Below, in pieces: positions 1-45,027 of a stretch of DNA of 64,000 nt. The translations under genes and the position numbers were made by a program. Origin of the DNA: Amoebidium appalachense (taxonomy: Eukaryota > Protista > Ichthyosporea); the NCBI GenBank assembly GCA_963693365.1, contig CAVNZM010000003.1:13858914-13922913 (forward strand). The letters are read 5' to 3'. The notes beneath the pieces were generated by a model that saw only the letters and a list, made by a program, of their open reading frames with translations, was not told where the DNA came from and searched no databases. Each line of letters starts with the position of its first letter. Position 1 is the stretch's first letter.

Positions 1-492
1 AAAGGTGAAAGTAGAAGACAGGGGACCATACGTATACGGCTGCACTGTGTACCTACTTAAGCATAATGTGTATGTTTTGTCGTACTAGGAGTGATTTTGT
101 GAAGTTTTCTCTGCAAAAAGTTCCTATAACTATGAACACTGTACAAACAGTAGTGTGACACGATCATCTTTATGTAGTATTTATGATCTCGTTTGTGTCA
201 TCTAGTAACTAATATTAGCGACCAATACAGTTTAGTCTCGTGTCGGTGTACATGTGGTAATGTCACAGCCCATTTTCCCCACGAAATATTTTTTCCCTTC
301 ACGTTCAAGCAGTTTCATGGGGTTACCGTACCTCAGGCTGTCACCCTTAGAATTTTCACTCGATCGATGACATGTTCTAGCTATGTAGAGCTCGAGATCG
401 TGCGCAGCATACGTATGGCACGCAGTACAAGCAGCCCCCCCCCCCCCCCGCGGGCGTATACTATCTTCTATTGTGTCAGTGTCTTTCTTCTA

Positions 493-526
<34 letters not shown>

Positions 527-649
527 CCGGCCTCCCCCCCCCCCCCCCCCCCCCCCCCCCCTCAAAGTTTCGGATAAGGGGGGGGGGGGGGGGGGGGCTT
601 CCTCGTTCTCTCTCTCTCTCTTCTTTTCGGGGAAAGACCTAATGGAAGG

Positions 650-697
<48 letters not shown>

Positions 698-1406
698 GTT
701 GGTGGTCTGGGTTCAATGAGCAAAACACATCCACGAACTGACACCATCACACACGGACAGTAATTCATGAGTACATATACTTTTAATTCATATTTACTTG
801 AATTGCACATCCAATGAAAACCCCAAATTAAATTTTAATGGTTGTCAAATGCTTATCCGCCCACAATAATTAACAGTTATAACCTTTCACTTGAAGATTT
901 TTCCAATGTATATTCCGTACTACCATGGAATTAATTAGTGAGTAAACATTCGCAAACACTCCAACACTTATCATTATCCTAGAAGAAAGAACCGCCATCT
1001 AATAACAATCATTGACAAAGCATCCATCCCTGAGTATGACTAAAAATGAAAAAGGTTCTAGGAAATAGAAGCCCAAACCACAGGGTTATCCCAATGTTCA
1101 AGATTCAAGGACTGCAAACCCCCCCCCCCCAAAAAAAAAAAAGGCATGCCCTTTCTCCACGACCACTACCATCAACATAAAGAAACAAAAACAAAACAAA
1201 ACAAACAAACGCACAAAAAAAAAAAACTAACTAGCAAACAAAAAGACAAACAACAACAACAAAAAACCCCCGAAACAAAAATACCAATTATTATTAACGT
1301 CATCTAGGGGGGCACGAGAAACCAACCACCTGTGCAAACTGCAATTCCCTTATATGGCTACTTTGATATAATCTTATCATAATGCTGTAAATTCTAAAAA
1401 ATTACT

Positions 1407-10098
<8,692 letters not shown>

Positions 10099-10528
10099 TT
10101 TCACTTACTTCTTGTTTCTGAATAAAGTTTATTCTGATGTTTTGACTCAGCAGTGCGTGTCAACCGACCTCCATGGAAGGGTGAAAGACGGTCCGATGTT
10201 ACGGTTCCTGGTTCTCCTGCCGTTAACATTAGCAGCAGCCTGAATTTCTCTAGAAGAACAAGCAATGCTTGTTCACATATGTACATTACATAGAGGGATT
10301 GTGTGCCAAGTGCATTACAAAACGGAAAGGCCCTGAAATTTCAAATTATGACAGTGTGCCCGAGAGAACTTTTTTTGTTTTTAAAAAAAAAACTGCTTCA
10401 AGCAAAATCCCGGCGAAAGATACTTTGCATAATCTCACTAAATAGCCTTTTAAAATGATTTAAATGGCACAAGTAAATATATACAAACACTATAATGTTT
10501 AAAGTAATGCACTGACACTGCCGCCGTC

Positions 10529-10975
10529 ATGAGCCACAGCCTACTAAGCTCTCTGCTTGTGGCACACTGTCTGGCACTGAGTGACAATGCAACTACCCAT
10601 CCCGGCTCCATTTCGAGTGTCACAGTAAACGACGGCCCCGAACGGTCTTCCTCAAACGCCCCATCCCCTCTTCCCCCCCCCCCCCCCCCCCCCTCCCGCC
10701 CTCTCCCCATCCCCTCCCCCCCCCCCCCCCCCCCTTCCCCCCTAAGGCCTCCGGGTTCAAGTTGCCCCCCCCCCCCCCCCCTTCCCGGCGCCCCCCCTCT
10801 CCCCCCTCCCCCTCTCTTATACCCCGAGCTCCCCCTCCCTCCGTTCCGTCCCCTCCCCCCCCTTTCTTGCCCGGGCGTATATTCCTACGCGCCTGTAAGA
10901 AAGCAGGTCAATTTAGGTCTGGCAATGATGGTCAAACCCCAGAGTGTGCCGATGTCTTTTCACATGTACAAGTGA
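10529..10975 (+). CDS. Possible small secreted Pro-rich protein (uncertain, may be spliced or spurious)
   Basis: GCCGCCGTCATG context and signal-peptide-like MSHSLLSSLLVAHCLALS. The middle is poly-C derived, so the Pro runs may be intronic. No recognisable domain. Confidence 0.25.
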   Translation: MSHSLLSSLLVAHCLALSDNATTHPGSISSVTVNDGPERSSSNAPSPLPPPPPPPSRPLPIPSPPPPPPSPLRPPGSSCPPPPPLPGAPPLPPPPLLYPELPLPPFRPLPPLSCPGVYSYAPVRKQVNLGLAMMVKPQSVPMSFHMYK

Positions 10976-11276
10976 AACGTGCACACTTACTGTAAATTTA
11001 GAACACAAAGACCTACGGATGAACACACACACACATATGCGTACGCATACACAGGAGCAGGCACACACACACACAGACAAACAACACACACAAACACACA
11101 CCAATATGTAGAGTACGCTCCGAACTCCACACCTGGGCGCAGGGCTGGATCCAGGGTTCCAAACTGCAGGTTGCAGGCGCATTACCTATATATGGTCAGC
11201 AAAGAGGCCTGTTGATTGGTGAAAGTTGGAAAGTGACGTCACGCTCTCATGTGTTGGGTTTTGCTTCTTGGATGAT

Positions 11277-11381
11277 GTGTTGTCCATCAGGTTGTGTTAA
11301 CGTTGTTCATCAGGTTGTGTTGTTCATGTGTGTTGTCCATCAGGTTGTGTTAACGTTGTTCATCAGGTTGTGTTGTTCATC
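11277..11381 (+). repeat. Short tandem duplication (~54-bp unit x2) built from CATCAGGTTGTGTT subunits, upstream of NCBP2
   Basis: TGTTGTCCATCAGGTTGTGTTAACGTTGTTCATCAGGTTGTGTTGTTCAT occurs twice. Confidence 0.8.
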
Positions 11382-11639
11382 AAATCGCACACCAGGCCAA
11401 CAATCCTTCCACCCTAGTTGACCTAACAGGATAGAGGGCTACAGTAGATTACAATCTTAGGATATATGAATTGCTAAAATAGCGGCATATACGGTCACGC
11501 CGTTTCTTCAAGGCTTGTTCTACCGTTCTCACTATTTCCCCTTGCACATCATTCACAGGAAAGAGCTAACTTCTTTTAACGGATACACATCAGTTTTAAA
11601 GTCTCCATCCCACACGGTGTGTGGGTGAAACAAGGCAAG

Positions 11640-19305
<7,666 letters not shown>

Positions 19306-19370
19306 GTGCTATTGGCAGAAAAAAGCTAAACTTCGGTACGGGTGTTTGATTTTACGTAAAATTCGTTTTC

Positions 19371-19414
<44 letters not shown>

Positions 19415-20374
19415 CGGGCGGTGGGGGGGTTCATAACATGCGTGGGGACTTGAATTTTCCCCTGGCCATGCTGATACATATACACCACTACACTTTGCTT
19501 CTTGCATGTATCTCGGCAGAAATTCTCTCTGATGTATGGTTGATAGTGTTTGTTTTTAAATTGTGTGCGTGTGTGTGATGTATGGGTCCCTGTTTTTGAG
19601 TTGCTGGGTTGTGCGTGTGAGTGTTTTGTGTGTGTGTGTGTTGGTGATGGTGGTGGCGGTGGTGCGTGCACGCATGTGTGTGCGCGCACATTTGTGTATA
19701 TGAAGAGCGGGGATGGGAGAGGAGACAGGGGGAATGGAGGGGGGCTGCAAAGTTTGGGGTCTTGCAGTCAGGGCACTAGAGTAGTTGTCCAACGAAAATG
19801 TGTGTCATTGATAATTGAAGATACTACATGAACTTTGGCAAGTTTGCTGGCTTTCGTCAATGTTAAACGTTCAAGAGGAAAAGAAATTTTTGAACTGAAG
19901 TCATAATAAACCTATCTAATATTGGTGACTTAGCCTGTTCTTATGTTGCGTAACGGGAGTGAATAATAATAAACCTCAAAAGCCCGGCCATGGTCTTTTT
20001 TTTTTGGTGTGCATACAAGGCTAGCTGAGCCTGCCAAGCTGGCATGGGGTTTCGTTCATGTTCTCAGAGCGGCTTGGGGCTTTTGTCATGGCTAAAATTT
20101 TTAGAAGAAGCAAGTAGAAGATTCCATTTCAACTATATATAACAGAATGCATATGCATGCATTTTGAACACCATGGCCATGGCGTTATATGCTGCTACTG
20201 ACACACACGTGTGGACACACGTGTCACGCACAGTGTCACACGGACACACACACACACACACATTGTCCGTCACACACACACACACACACACACGCATGCA
20301 CACGCACGCACACGCGTGTACACACACATACACATACGCACGCACGTGTATACACGTTTACTACACATAAACAA

Positions 20375-20425
<51 letters not shown>

Positions 20426-20547
20426 CACATGCGATATATATATATATATATATATAATGTATGTATGTATGTGTATGTGTTATAATGCTCAGTGAAACCG
20501 GTAACGTGATGCACGTATTTGAACGCACACGTACACTTGCACATGCA

Positions 20548-20778
20548 CAGGGCCAGAAATTACAGTGCCACTTGGACCTAAAAACGCCGCCTGAAACCCG
20601 AAAAAAGCCACTTGACGTGGAACGCCAGGTCCACTGAACTCAGGGCCAGTGGACCCAAACACTATAAATATATATATAACCCAGTGGAGTGGAAGTGGAA
20701 TACAGGCAAAGTTGGCAAAATACTTATGCGCCACCTTTTCAAACCAGCCACCACTCCAAAAACATATTTCAAGCCCTG
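20548..20778. mobile_element. Non-autonomous hAT-like DNA transposon (MITE)
   Basis: TIRs CAGGGCCAGAAAT and ATTTCAAGCCCTG (11/13 match). 8-bp flanks CACATGCA and CACATGCG are consistent with a hAT target-site duplication. Confidence 0.7.
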
Positions 20779-22283
20779 CACATGCGTATCATACCTGCTC
20801 GGGCTCCTGAGTCCTGACTCCTGACTCCTGAGATCGAGCGCCTCTCCAAGCGCAACCCACGTGGCTCAGAGAATGGAATTTTATTCATTAGATTCAGTAT
20901 GATTATGATTGGACACCTGCATTTTGCTTAGCCATATATGGCGAAAAGTATGATAACGGAAACCAATAGCGTGACCTCGACACAGATTTACTTGTGAGAA
21001 CCAATCAAATTGCGTCATGGGATAATTTCAGTAATCCCGGTAGACCATTCTATTTTTAGGGTGAGGAAATTGCGCTTCCAACTTTCAGCTCGTTCATATT
21101 CACAGAGCCCGCCACCCGGCTACACTGTCATAATTTGATATTACCTTGCCTAATGTAATACACTATTGAGATGAAAAAAAAAATTACTATTCTATATTTA
21201 CAAACATACTAATATATATATACAAAACAGGAATTATCTTTTAAGTGCAATTGAATGATAATTATACTCTAGGGGTTGTCAAAAGATTCAAGATCTCGAA
21301 TTCCGTTCCATTGCTCTTTTACTTGGCGATTCGATCGAATGAGCAGGTATGGAGAGAAGATTGGTAAGGGTTATTCAACGTACTAATATGATTGGTGATT
21401 GTTATATGTTTTCAGAACACAACAGAAGTTTAGTATGCTGGAAGGTACTTCAATTAGTACTGAAGTACCAGAAATTCAATACTTTGTTTATAAAAATTAT
21501 TATTATCATTATGGTAGGTAATAGAATGCCCGTTCCTCGATGGTATACTTCTGCTTAGTAAAGTAGTATCCGATATTACACCTTCTCAAACAGCTTGTTT
21601 TCATTGGATACAGTATCAAAATAATCATGCACATTTTACACCGCACATGTTGATTGGCTTTTCTTAGCCAATTATAAGTGACTAAGTTTTGTGGATTCTG
21701 GTGAGTGGTGACTCCAAAAACACACGTGTGTCATAGGTACAGACTTGTGTGCACAAACCCCTTCACTCAAACACCCCTTCTCTCTTCCCTTTTCCCCTCT
21801 TATTCTCTTTCAGACAAAGCTTTATATGAGCTTCAGTGAAGCACATTAAATAATATCCGTACATAGGTTTTGACAAGACAAATTAAACTCGGTTCTTATA
21901 TGTAAACTCTGTAGTAATTTATTTCGTCATCTCAGCCTATGTTTCAAAGGTGTGCTGTATCGAATTCGAAAGTGGGGGAAGCCCCACAATTCAGTGAAGG
22001 TGTGTTTTCTTAAAGGGAACGCCATTGTGCGACATTTGAATAGGCTATGCTTTTCTTGAACATAGTAATAGTTTTTCTCGGCATGCGCACGTAAATGCAT
22101 GTAAGCTAGAGTAGTAGAAATTCGCGGGGCTAGAAACACCATCGGCGGTGGTGGAGGGGAGGAGTATTTTTTCTCGCCGTTCAAGGCCTTTGGTGGTATG
22201 CCACATAGTGTGGGTGGCTGAGGAGGGGTTGTTTTTGTCTTTTTTATTTTTATTTTTCCTCCTTTTTGGGGACTCAACGAGCC

Positions 22284-37561
<15,278 letters not shown>

Positions 37562-37706
37562 TAATTCCCAATTTTTCGATCTCCAATTTCCAATTTTTCA
37601 GTTGATGGTTTCCATTTTTTCAGTTGATAGCTTTGATTATAAAGATGATAATTTTCGATTTCTTCGGCCGAAAACCTAGTCTTGTCACCTAACTTGCTAT
37701 TCCACC

Positions 37707-37808
<102 letters not shown>

Positions 37809-38018
37809 GGGGGGCAGGGGGGGGGGCAGGGCATACATGCTAATGGATGATTTTATTCTTCCAAAAAAAGTAGATTTTCATTTGGAAAGAAATGAAAAAA
37901 ATAACTAATAAGCAAATTTTACTAAATATGGTGTCTTTCTGGTAATAGTTATAGAATGGCTCGAGCTGTCAAACGATGTGTTCTTATCAGCAGGCATTTT
38001 ATCGTTTTAAATAATTTT

Positions 38019-38130
38019 CAAATTTTTAGTTTGAAACTGTCTAATGTTGGCAAATGTTGTAATAGTAGAATCGTCAAATTTTTAGTTTGAAACTCTCTAA
38101 TGTTGGCAAATGTTGTAATAGTAGAATCGT
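38019..38130 (+). repeat. 56-bp direct tandem duplication
   Basis: CAAATTTTTAGTTTGAAACT.TCTAATGTTGGCAAATGTTGTAATAGTAGAATCGT occurs twice. Confidence 0.85.
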
Positions 38131-38381
38131 TGAACTCCTGAAGGTCCCAGACGAGTTTTAAACAAAAACGATAAAATCTGAATCTGAAGGTTCATTGGTC
38201 ATTTAAATTTTTTTGATCAATAGCATTAATCAAGTTTACTCCTGGTTGAGTAGAGTGTATTGTATGAATAAAAAATGGACTTTGGGGGGAGGGGGGGGAT
38301 GACGTCTCCCCTTTGATCCTTCCATAATGGCTCTTGATAATCACTGTGTGCACGAGCACGAGTGTTTGTGTGTGTGTGTGT

Positions 38382-38410
<29 letters not shown>

Positions 38411-38414
<4 letters not shown>

Positions 38415-38583
38415 AGGTGTGGGTGGGTGGGTGCGCGCGCGCAACTTGTGTTAGTGTGTTTGTGCGTGTGCGTGTGTGTGTGTGTGCGTGTGCGCGCACG
38501 CGCGCAATATGGTGTGTGTGTGCGTGCATGTGTACATGTGCGTGCGCGCACAATAAATGGGTTTGTGTGTGTGTGTGCACGTG

Positions 38584-38632
<49 letters not shown>

Positions 38633-38849
38633 CGTGCATGGGGGGGGGGGGGGGGGGGGAAGGTGTGGGTGGGTGGGTGCACGCGCGCAACTTGTGTTAG
38701 TGTGTTTGTGCGTGTGCGTGTGTGTGTGTGTGCGTGTGCGCGCACGCGCGCAATATGGTGTGTGTGTGTGTGTGTGTGCGTGTGTGTGCGTGCATGTGTA
38801 CATGTGCGTGCGCGCACAATAAATGGGTTTGTGTGTGTGTGTGCACGTG

Positions 38850-38882
<33 letters not shown>

Positions 38883-38890
38883 CGTGCATG
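38411..38890 (+). repeat. ~245-bp tandem duplication bounded by G-runs
   Basis: GGAAGGTGTGGGTGGGTGGGTGC..CAACTTGTGTTAGTG..CAATAAATGGGTTTG..TTCGTGCATG is repeated at 38411-38640 and 38658-38890. Confidence 0.85.
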
Positions 38891-39251
38891 CACAATGTGT
38901 GTGTGGGTGGGTGGGTGGGTGGGTGGGTGTGTGCATGCGCACACTTGCATATATGCTTGAACACCTATGATCCCCTCGCCCAGTGTGTGGCCGTGCTGAA
39001 AACCTCAATGATCATCAGCCATGCAGGCACACTACATGTACGAGGGGCAATGCTCCGAATCGATCCCCATGCACTTATTTTATATATGTGACACTGGCAA
39101 TGCTAATTTTACTATTAGGTTAACGTGTTTTTTTTTTGTTTTTTTGTTTTTTTTTGTTCCCCTTTCTGTGTGTGTGTGTGTGTGTGTGTGGTGGGGGGGT
39201 TTGTTTTTGCCAACACGGTGTGTTTGTGTGAGAGGGCGGGGGGGGGGGGGG

Positions 39252-39289
<38 letters not shown>

Positions 39290-39555
39290 GGGGAGGATGG
39301 GGGGCGGGGAGGAAGGGGGAGGGGAGGGGGGGGGGGGGGAAGGGGGAGGGGGGCACTTTTCTTTCTTTTGGGTAGGTGGGAGGTGGGAGTGGGGGCGGGC
39401 GGGGGGAGGGGAGGGGGGGGGGGGGGGGGGGGGGAGGGACTAATGTGTCACATTAGAACATTTTCATTTTTGAACGCTTTCATTTTTCTGGTGATTTTCT
39501 TTGTGAAGAGCCCTCTGGGGGGGTGGCGAGGAGCTGCTACAATACATTCACACAT

Positions 39556-39609
<54 letters not shown>

Positions 39610-39775
39610 ACACACGCACACACACACACGCACGCACACACACACACACACACAGTGTGCATAAAAACAACATTTCGCAAATCAAACATGAAATGTACGT
39701 CGGTCAAAAAATTATTGAGTCCTAGGCCCGAGTAGTGATGGGAGGAGTGATGCGTGGAAGAGCCCTGTGCATGTT

Positions 39776-39841
<66 letters not shown>

Positions 39842-39863
39842 TGCGTGTGCGTGTGTGCGTGCA

Positions 39864-39900
<37 letters not shown>

Positions 39901-40091
39901 GTGTGCGTGTGTGCTTGCATGTGTGGCACTGCGCGCATGCGTGTGTGTATGTATGTGTATGTGTGTGTGTGTGTGCGTGCGTGTGTGCTTGCGTGCGTGG
40001 CACTGCGAGCATGTGTGTGTGTATGTATGTGTGTGCTTTTGTGTGTGACACTGTATGAAAGGGGCTGCCTCCCTTCCCCTCCGGATCCCCT

Positions 40092-40122
<31 letters not shown>

Positions 40123-40709
40123 CGCCCCGGCAGGGTCCCGCCGTACGCGGAGGAACCACTGGCCCTGGCCGGCCACGAAGCTGGGGGGGGAGGCCTAGGG
40201 GGAGCGGGGGAGCGGGAGGGTGGGGGGGGGGGGGGGGAGGGGAGGGGGGGGGGGGGGGAGGGGGAGGAGGGAGGGGGGGGGGGGGGGGGAGGGGGGGGGG
40301 GGGGGGGAGGCATTTGTATGGCAACTCGGAAAGTTTGTTTGCCTTTCACAGCTGCTCGAGTCAGACAGACTCCGAGTGTATGATGGTGCCGCCGGACGGG
40401 ATCATCATAATAACTATTGGGGTCGACGTCCCTACGCCTTGATATCAGATCTATTCTCGAAATTTCTAGTGTACACATGTAGCTTAGTGATGTGCACATG
40501 CACGTGTTGAAGCTGACATGGGGCCAGAATCTACAAGATGGGATCATTGCACTTTATTGGCCGCTCCCTCCGGCCAATCCGGAAACACAACATGTGCCCC
40601 ATATGCATGATATATGTACATCATAATACAGACGAGAGCTACCCCCTATTAATGGTACCTACTGCACACTGGAGCCACAGACCATACAGACACAATATCT
40701 AAGACAACT

Positions 40710-40745
<36 letters not shown>

Positions 40746-40783
40746 AGAGAGAAAGAAAGAAAGAAAGAAAGAAAAGGAACTAA

Positions 40784-41194
40784 TTAACCAGGTTGGGAGG
40801 GTGGTTGTATTACGTGCGTGACGTGAGCGCGCAGGTATTGGAAACGAAGTTGGTCAGTGAGAAAATCACCCGTGTTAAGAAGGAAGTCAATGAAGGTAAA
40901 GTGTTGTGCAGGGTGACGAGAAGTGGATAAGTGGGTGAGGAGTGTGGAAGAAAAGGAGGCCAGGGTGGCTAACGGAATAAAGGGAAACACAATACACCGG
41001 CCCACACAGCTACGGCAACAAGGGTGTGACCCACTAGGGCACCACCGTCTAGGAAACATCAGGAACCGATTACCACGCCATTGAAGAGACCACTGTGCCA
41101 GTAAACCACTAGGGAAACCCACGATACTATCGGCTATAGACCGTTTTTCACCTAACACGTATTGACGTGTTGCCGCACGTGCGACGTTATACAT
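40784..41194 (-). mobile_element. 3' fragment of a putative non-LTR retrotransposon ORF, ending in a (TTTC)n/poly-T tract
   Basis: SIADSIVGFP..LQWRGNRF..CPSGSHPCCRSCVGRC..FIDFLLNT aligns by eye with the 41924-42427 peptide. The stop is followed by (TTTC)n and poly-T. The LINE assignment is inferred from the C-terminal Cys/His cluster and the tail. Confidence 0.5.
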
Positions 41195-41505
41195 CTACTC
41201 AGGCGGCAAAAAAAAAAAAAAAAAGAAAGAAAGGAGACACCGCCTCAGTAGGTGGTAGGTTTTTCACGGCCTGTGGAGCAAACATATTGCACTAACGGTT
41301 TGTGTATGCGGGTGCTTGCGGTGGAGATGCGTGTTTTGTGTTGTGCATGTAAAAAACGGTCCATGCATGTGTGTAGGCTACCACCTACTGAGGCGGTGTC
41401 TCCTTTCTTTCTTTTTTTTTTTTTTTTTTTTTTTTACTTAAAAGGGCCGCCTGAGTAGATGTTAAAACGTCGCACGTGCGGCAACACGTCAGTACGTGTT
41501 AGGTG
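41149..41505. repeat. Inverted repeat (arms 41149-41258 and 41378-41505) with internal A/T runs
   Basis: CACCTAACACGTATTGACGTGTTGCCGCACGTGCGACG..CTACTCAGGCGGC(A)nGAAAGAAAGGAGACACCGCCTCAGTAGGTGGTAG and its near-exact reverse complement. Confidence 0.85.
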
Positions 41506-41923
41506 TGTAGGAGGGGAGTGTCGTGAAGGTTGGGATGGGGTGGGAGTGTCTTGCAGTAAGTCTTACAGGCACGAAGCAGAGAGATTTTGGAGGGATTGGG
41601 CCTGCTGATCATATGCATATGAGTCGAAGAGTTGACGTGAATACAAATTTGTCCTACTAAGCCCATTGAATGTCACTGTTTGACTTTGCATCTGTCATGA
41701 GCCATATTATGACGTTCTGTCTGTCTGCTTATATTATCACCACCACTTCACCCCTCATGTACTGGTCAACAGGTGCACGCGTACGACACAAGTTGTTGTA
41801 ATTTATAAACAGAGCTCTCACCCGTTCACGCACCTATAGCTATGAACATCTCCGGGCACACCTCTTGTGTCATAAACCCTCGCAACATAATTTACACGTA
41901 TTAAATATATTAATTAGAGCCTC

Positions 41924-42427
41924 GTGACGGTGGATGTACATGTACCACACGACACTAGACCCGATGAAAGCATACACCTTGAAAAACTAAGCCTTATGTC
42001 TCGTTTTATATATACTGACCGCCTCAACCATATTGCCAAATATGGCACTCGCAAGTGTATAACACCTAAATACATATTACCTTCCTGTAGAACTGGTCTT
42101 TCTCTAGCTGATGGTATTATTGATCAATTACCACGCTTTTACTGTACACGTGCTATACAGTGGAGATCTAATAAGTATAAGGTGGCATCATTTGCATGCC
42201 CAAACAACACACACACACACCAGTTTAACCGGTCATGTATCGCCAAATGTAGTTTGATAGACCACATAATACCGCAACACACACACGTCACATTCACAAC
42301 AGACACCCAGAAAGATAGCCTACCTGTAAATTACAACATCCTTGATTTTATACTAAACACGCGTAACTACGACCTGTTTATTAGATGTATTGATTGGCTT
42401 GAGAAACACATCACTACAAAATTATAG
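41924..42427 (+). mobile_element. 3' fragment of a putative non-LTR retrotransposon ORF, stop followed by a (CA)n tail
   Basis: SLADGIIDQLP..IQWRSNKY..CPNNTHTHQFNRSCIAKC..ILDFILNT. TAG at 42425-42427 runs directly into CGCACGCG(CA)n. Homologous to the 40784-41194 peptide. Confidence 0.5.
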
Positions 42428-42447
42428 CGCACGCGCACACACACACA

Positions 42448-42498
<51 letters not shown>

Positions 42499-42530
42499 CC
42501 AGCTGATACCGAGTGTCCCGAGGGGAGCCC

Positions 42531-42581
<51 letters not shown>

Positions 42582-42780
42582 GGGGAACCCCAACTAATTG
42601 ATTTCTCCTTGTAGTCTTTATGGTGTCTCGTAGAGAAAGTAAACCCTGATATATAGTCACCACCCGACATCTATGTACGTGATCATGATATACCGCTGAG
42701 GGGATATTCCGAGCAAAACCCCCCCCCCCCATACCTGAGACTGGTTCTCTTTGCCTCGAGTAAACAGCGTAAACCCCACA
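42582..42780 (+). repeat. Diverged dispersed repeat, copy 1 (partner at 55027-55258)
   Basis: Shared colinear blocks GGGGAACCC.AACT, AAACCCT.ATATAT, CATCTATG, CCCCCCATACCTGAGACTGGT, CTCGAGTAA, CAGCGTAA, AAACCCC. Confidence 0.65.
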
Positions 42781-44224
42781 TGTACATGGCACCGTCATGA
42801 TGAAACAAATCCACAAGATAAGAGACTCGAGTCCCGACGGTCCTTGAAAAAACGAGTTTGTTCAAGAACCCGATCCTATTCGCTGTGCTAATCACCAGGA
42901 ATCCCCCTACATTACATAATGTGGGCGATTTCGTTTTCGAATTTCGGGAAACCTACCACTCGGAATTTTTAGACTCCTCTAATTTATATCTCTATAGTAA
43001 ATGACTATCAGGAAAAAGTCAGAAAAATATTAAACATTACAAAATAAGTGCTCGATTTACCTCTAATAGCTAAATACCTAAATTTTGGATCCTATTTGTG
43101 CTTTCAAATTAATTTTTAAAGGCTAAATTTTCCAATATTTTCTAGAGTAGAAATATGAAAAACCCCTTCCTTATCAAATATGCCACGGACCACAGTCTCC
43201 TGAAGGAAACCAATAGAATAAGGTGCGAAGTTCCATTATGATTGGCTCGGTACGCACCTCATCAACTTGTTTTCATTAACTTCACGACTGCACGCACCCG
43301 CACATGGCTAGTCTGCATATTAGTACGTCACACAATGACGTCATTTACATTAGAAGCATATAAAAGTAGCCTAAATATACGGGATAGAGTATTCGTAGTT
43401 GGCCTATTCCTTCCATTTTGCCACACTCGTTGACCCATACATCGAAGCTTCGTTCTCTTTTTCCATTAGCAATTTTTTTCTTTGTATGCTCAATATTCCT
43501 ATTTTTTTTGTTGTTTTGTATATCCGATAGCCCTGCACACTAGAACATACTTGAAAAAGCTCGCGTGGTTTGCTTAACGTTGGTCTCGTAGAGAGATTTC
43601 TCATTGCAAACTCCAAAAAAACTTGAGGAGTACATACCGTAGACGTCCACAGCTTACCTCACCATATGATTCCGTTGTAGAGTTGTATTATCTTTGCTTA
43701 TTTGCTTCACTCACTTCACTTTACTTATTCACTCATTCTCCGCTCAAACACGCTCGCTGGCGCTTAGGTGAGCTTTAAAGATACTCAAGCACCTTGCATG
43801 CACGCTAGAGCCACCACCTCACAACTAATCGTTAATAGGGAAAGTAATAGCAAAACAACGTGATCTCACGCTCAACTTTTAACTCTCCATCCACACGCAT
43901 GGACTGAAGAATTGAGTCGCTTACCAGCATCCGACTACTCGATTCCCGGAACATCCAGTTGCTTTTGAGAAATGAAACAGGGCACAAACAAAACTCATAC
44001 ATCTCCTGTGAGCATCATCAGCTGGGCTGCGTTTTATAGCTACAGTTTGCACACAGGCCTCGGGAACCAGGAGGCTCCAATCACTTTCTTCCTTCCAAAG
44101 CATTTTCCCGCCGCTAACGCTTCCTACTATCACTGAACCCATTTCTGAACAACCTCCTTTAAGAGGAGCACAAGTTAAAGATTATTTATGGGCGCCATGC
44201 CAGTGCCCGCTACCGGCCACCGCA

Positions 44225-44643
44225 ATGGACGGGGGCAATTATGATTCCGTCAATTCCACTGCAAACAGTAGTCATGCAACTACCTCTTGCACGGAGAACG
44301 GGCTCGTGCGGCTGATGTCGATCTTCCTATGGAGCAACGCGGGTGTATGCCTTCTGATGATGTCGTGCGCAATGTACTTTGCATGTACGAGGAAATTGGG
44401 TAGGCACAGATTGGAACCTGTGGTTTTTTCGCTTCTTCCTTTTGTGGGTTTTGCGTCATCGCAGGCGTTCGCTGCACGGGCTCTTTGTGACCCAACGTTG
44501 GCTTCACCGAGATATCCGGTGAGTACTTATTAGTGCTCGTTCAATGTGTGTGATGGATGGGGGAAATGAACATGGGCTGTGTGGGGTTGGAGGGTGTGGG
44601 TGTGGGCGTGTGTGTGTGTGTGTGTGTGTTTGTGTGTGCCACA

Positions 44644-44688
<45 letters not shown>

Positions 44689-44979
44689 CACTTCCCCCAC
44701 TCCCCCCCTCCCCCCTCACCACCTGCTCTCTCTTTCTCTGCGTGTGTGTGTGCTTGCTTGCGTGTTTGTGCATCTGTGTAAGTATGTCTCTTGTCTGTAC
44801 ACGTGTATGTGTGTATTTGGTTGTGTTTGTGTTTGTGTGTGGAATGATACGTCGTGTTGTGCGTGTGTGTGTGCGTGTATGTGCATGTTTGCAGTGTGTT
44901 TGTATTTGTGTGTCTTGTGCTGTGTGTGTAAGTGCGCACACGTGTGCACTGTGTGTGTCTGTTGAGAATGAACGTGTAT

Positions 44980-45027
<48 letters not shown>

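Noticed and set aside
26-418. Short inverted match CCATACGTAT / ATACGTATGG as MITE ends
   Set aside because: The match is only ~10 bp, is partly self-palindromic, and has no clear TSD.
38950-40550. Exon-like unique islands between repeats (38960-39075, 39655-39765, 40130-40185, 40350-40440)
   Set aside because: I could not assemble a phase-consistent model on either strand or recognise a domain. It may still be a gene and needs RNA-seq.
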